Source: an uncultured Pelagibacteraceae bacterium
GTDB taxonomy: Bacteria > Pseudomonadota > Alphaproteobacteria > Pelagibacterales > Pelagibacteraceae
DNA: 64,000 nucleotides
NCBI GenBank assembly: GCA_902529785.1
Contig: CABZXV010000001.1
Location: 22,215-86,214, forward strand
Direction of reading: 5' to 3'
The position numbers and the translations under genes were made by a program. The notes beneath the pieces were generated by a model. The model was given only the letters and a program-made list of their open reading frames with translations. It had not been told where the DNA came from and ran no database searches. Shown piece by piece: positions 63,601-64,000 of the stretch; the stretch's first letter is position 1, and each line of letters begins with the position of its first letter.

Positions 63601-64000
63601 TCAGATAATACAGCAAGAGGTGTATCATCACCCATGGATCCAGTTGCTTCTTTAGCATCTTCAGCCATAGGATGAAGGATTAGTTCTAAATCCTCAAGGC
63701 TATAACCAAAACAATGTTGTAATTTTTTTAAATCAGAGCCTGAATGCTGGTTTTTTTCACTTTCTATTGGAAATTTTTTATCAAGATCAATGATCTGGTT
63801 ATTAAACTTTTTAAATTCTTTTGCTAAATAATTCTTAATCGCATTGTTTGTATAAACTTTTCCTTTTTCAATTCTTACACCCAATATTTCTCCAGGGCCA
63901 AGTCTTCCTTTCGAAACAATTTTCTTTTCATTTAAATCAATCATGCCTGTTTCAGATCCAGCAAACAAAAGTTTATCTCTTGTAACAGTATATCTTAGCG
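60636..64000 (-). CDS. gltB: Glutamate synthase large subunit (5' end outside the window)
   Basis: Motifs GSMGDD, QVTNPPID, IKIAQGAKPGEGGQLPG, CIMVRQCHSNTC, GCEYMTGG; frame open to the window edge. Confidence 0.97.
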   Translation of the reverse strand, partial: LRYTVTRDKLLFAGSETGMIDLNEKKIVSKGRLGPGEILGVRIEKGKVYTNNAIKNYLAKEFKKFNNQIIDLDKKFPIESEKNQHSGSDLKKLQHCFGYSLEDLELILHPMAEDAKEATGSMGDDTPLAVLSDKYRPLYHFFRQNFSQVTNPPIDSLRENKVMSLKTRFGNLGNILDFSDLTEENIYVLDSPILSNNQFEKFVKYFGDNYRILNCIFDKEETLESSINILKRDAEKAVREGVTQLILSDKNISETKLPMPMLLCIGAINTHLIKLGLRGYVSINVQTGDALDTHSFATLIGVGATTVNPYLAFDSLFQRYSKKLFGKFSFDECVSRYIKSVNFGLLKIMSKMGISVLSSYRGGCNFETVGLSRTIVKDYFPGVISKISGIGLSGIEKKIRGIHKDAFDIHSNILPIGGIYRYRKNGETHQYQGKLIHLLQAAVGSNSYDTYKKYTKGIYGLKPINLRDLIDFKNQEAIAIDEVEPISEIMKRFGSGSMSHGALSKEAHETLAMGMNRIKGASCSGEGGEDENRFKVLENGDSANSRVKQIASARFGVTINYLNNCNEIEIKIAQGAKPGEGGQLPGFKVTEEIAKLRHSTPGVTLISPPPHHDIYSIEDLAQLIYDLKQINPKARVGVKLVASSGIGTIAAGVAKAKADIILISGHNGGTGATPQTSVKYVGIPWEMGLTEANQVLTLNKLRHLVTLRTDGGIKTGRDVVMAAMMGAEEFGVATTALVAMGCIMVRQCHSNTCPVGVCTQDDELRKKFTGTPDKVVNLFSFIAEEVREILASLGFKSLNEVIGRTDLLRQVSKGSPNLDDLDLNPLFVQADPGKNKRYCEKPIINEVPDTLDQKIWPEVENLIDNNSPLDKTYEIKNTDRAVGTRISYHLYKKFGNNKLEENTFSLNFKGSAGQSFGAFGIKGLKLILKGDANDYVAKGLSGASVIVKLPEESNLVSNKNTIIGNTVLYGATSGTLLAAGQAGERFAVRNSGATAVVEGCDSNGCEYMTGGSIVILGDVGDNFGAGMTGGMAFVYDPNNEFPKKANPETIIWQTPETEFWKNNLKKLVSKHYQETESNVSKNILENFDLEVNNFLQVCPKEMIDKLENPITNKSIVGKAS

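Overview
A very AT-rich, gene-dense alphaproteobacterial chromosome segment with many overlapping start/stop codons. Gene content, synteny and streamlining point to SAR11/Pelagibacterales (inference). It is almost entirely core genome, in order: argF(partial)-argD, gcrA, rnd-kdsD-lptC-lptB-aroA-cmk-rpsA-ihfB-pyrF-trpFBA-accD-folC, trxA, his genes, infA, murA, dcd, rpmH-rnpA-yidD-yidC-argB-dapDE, truA-fmt-def, aroKB, bolA/J-domain-cobST, regB-gyrB, lepA-pheTS-rplT-rpmI-infC-thrS and partial gltB. There are four tRNAs (His, Phe, Thr, Ser). I saw no CRISPR array, IS element, integrase or prophage. Best leads: (1) an unannotated 24-codon His-rich leader ORF (MIINSYILVSHKRHHFHAGLQLAI) with nested hairpins, directly upstream of a tRNA-His-hisS-hisZ-hisG unit, i.e. 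a candidate compact histidine attenuator controlling a tRNA; (2) an RmuC + MGME1-like PD-(D/E)XK nuclease + exonuclease I trio at the locus where alphaproteobacteria usually keep addAB; (3) an adjacent HDAC-family/SET-domain pair; (4) replacement of normally invariant residues in TrpB/TrpA, Cmk and RegB, and a compensatory elbow change in tRNA-Thr. All calls come from reading motifs by eye, without database searches.
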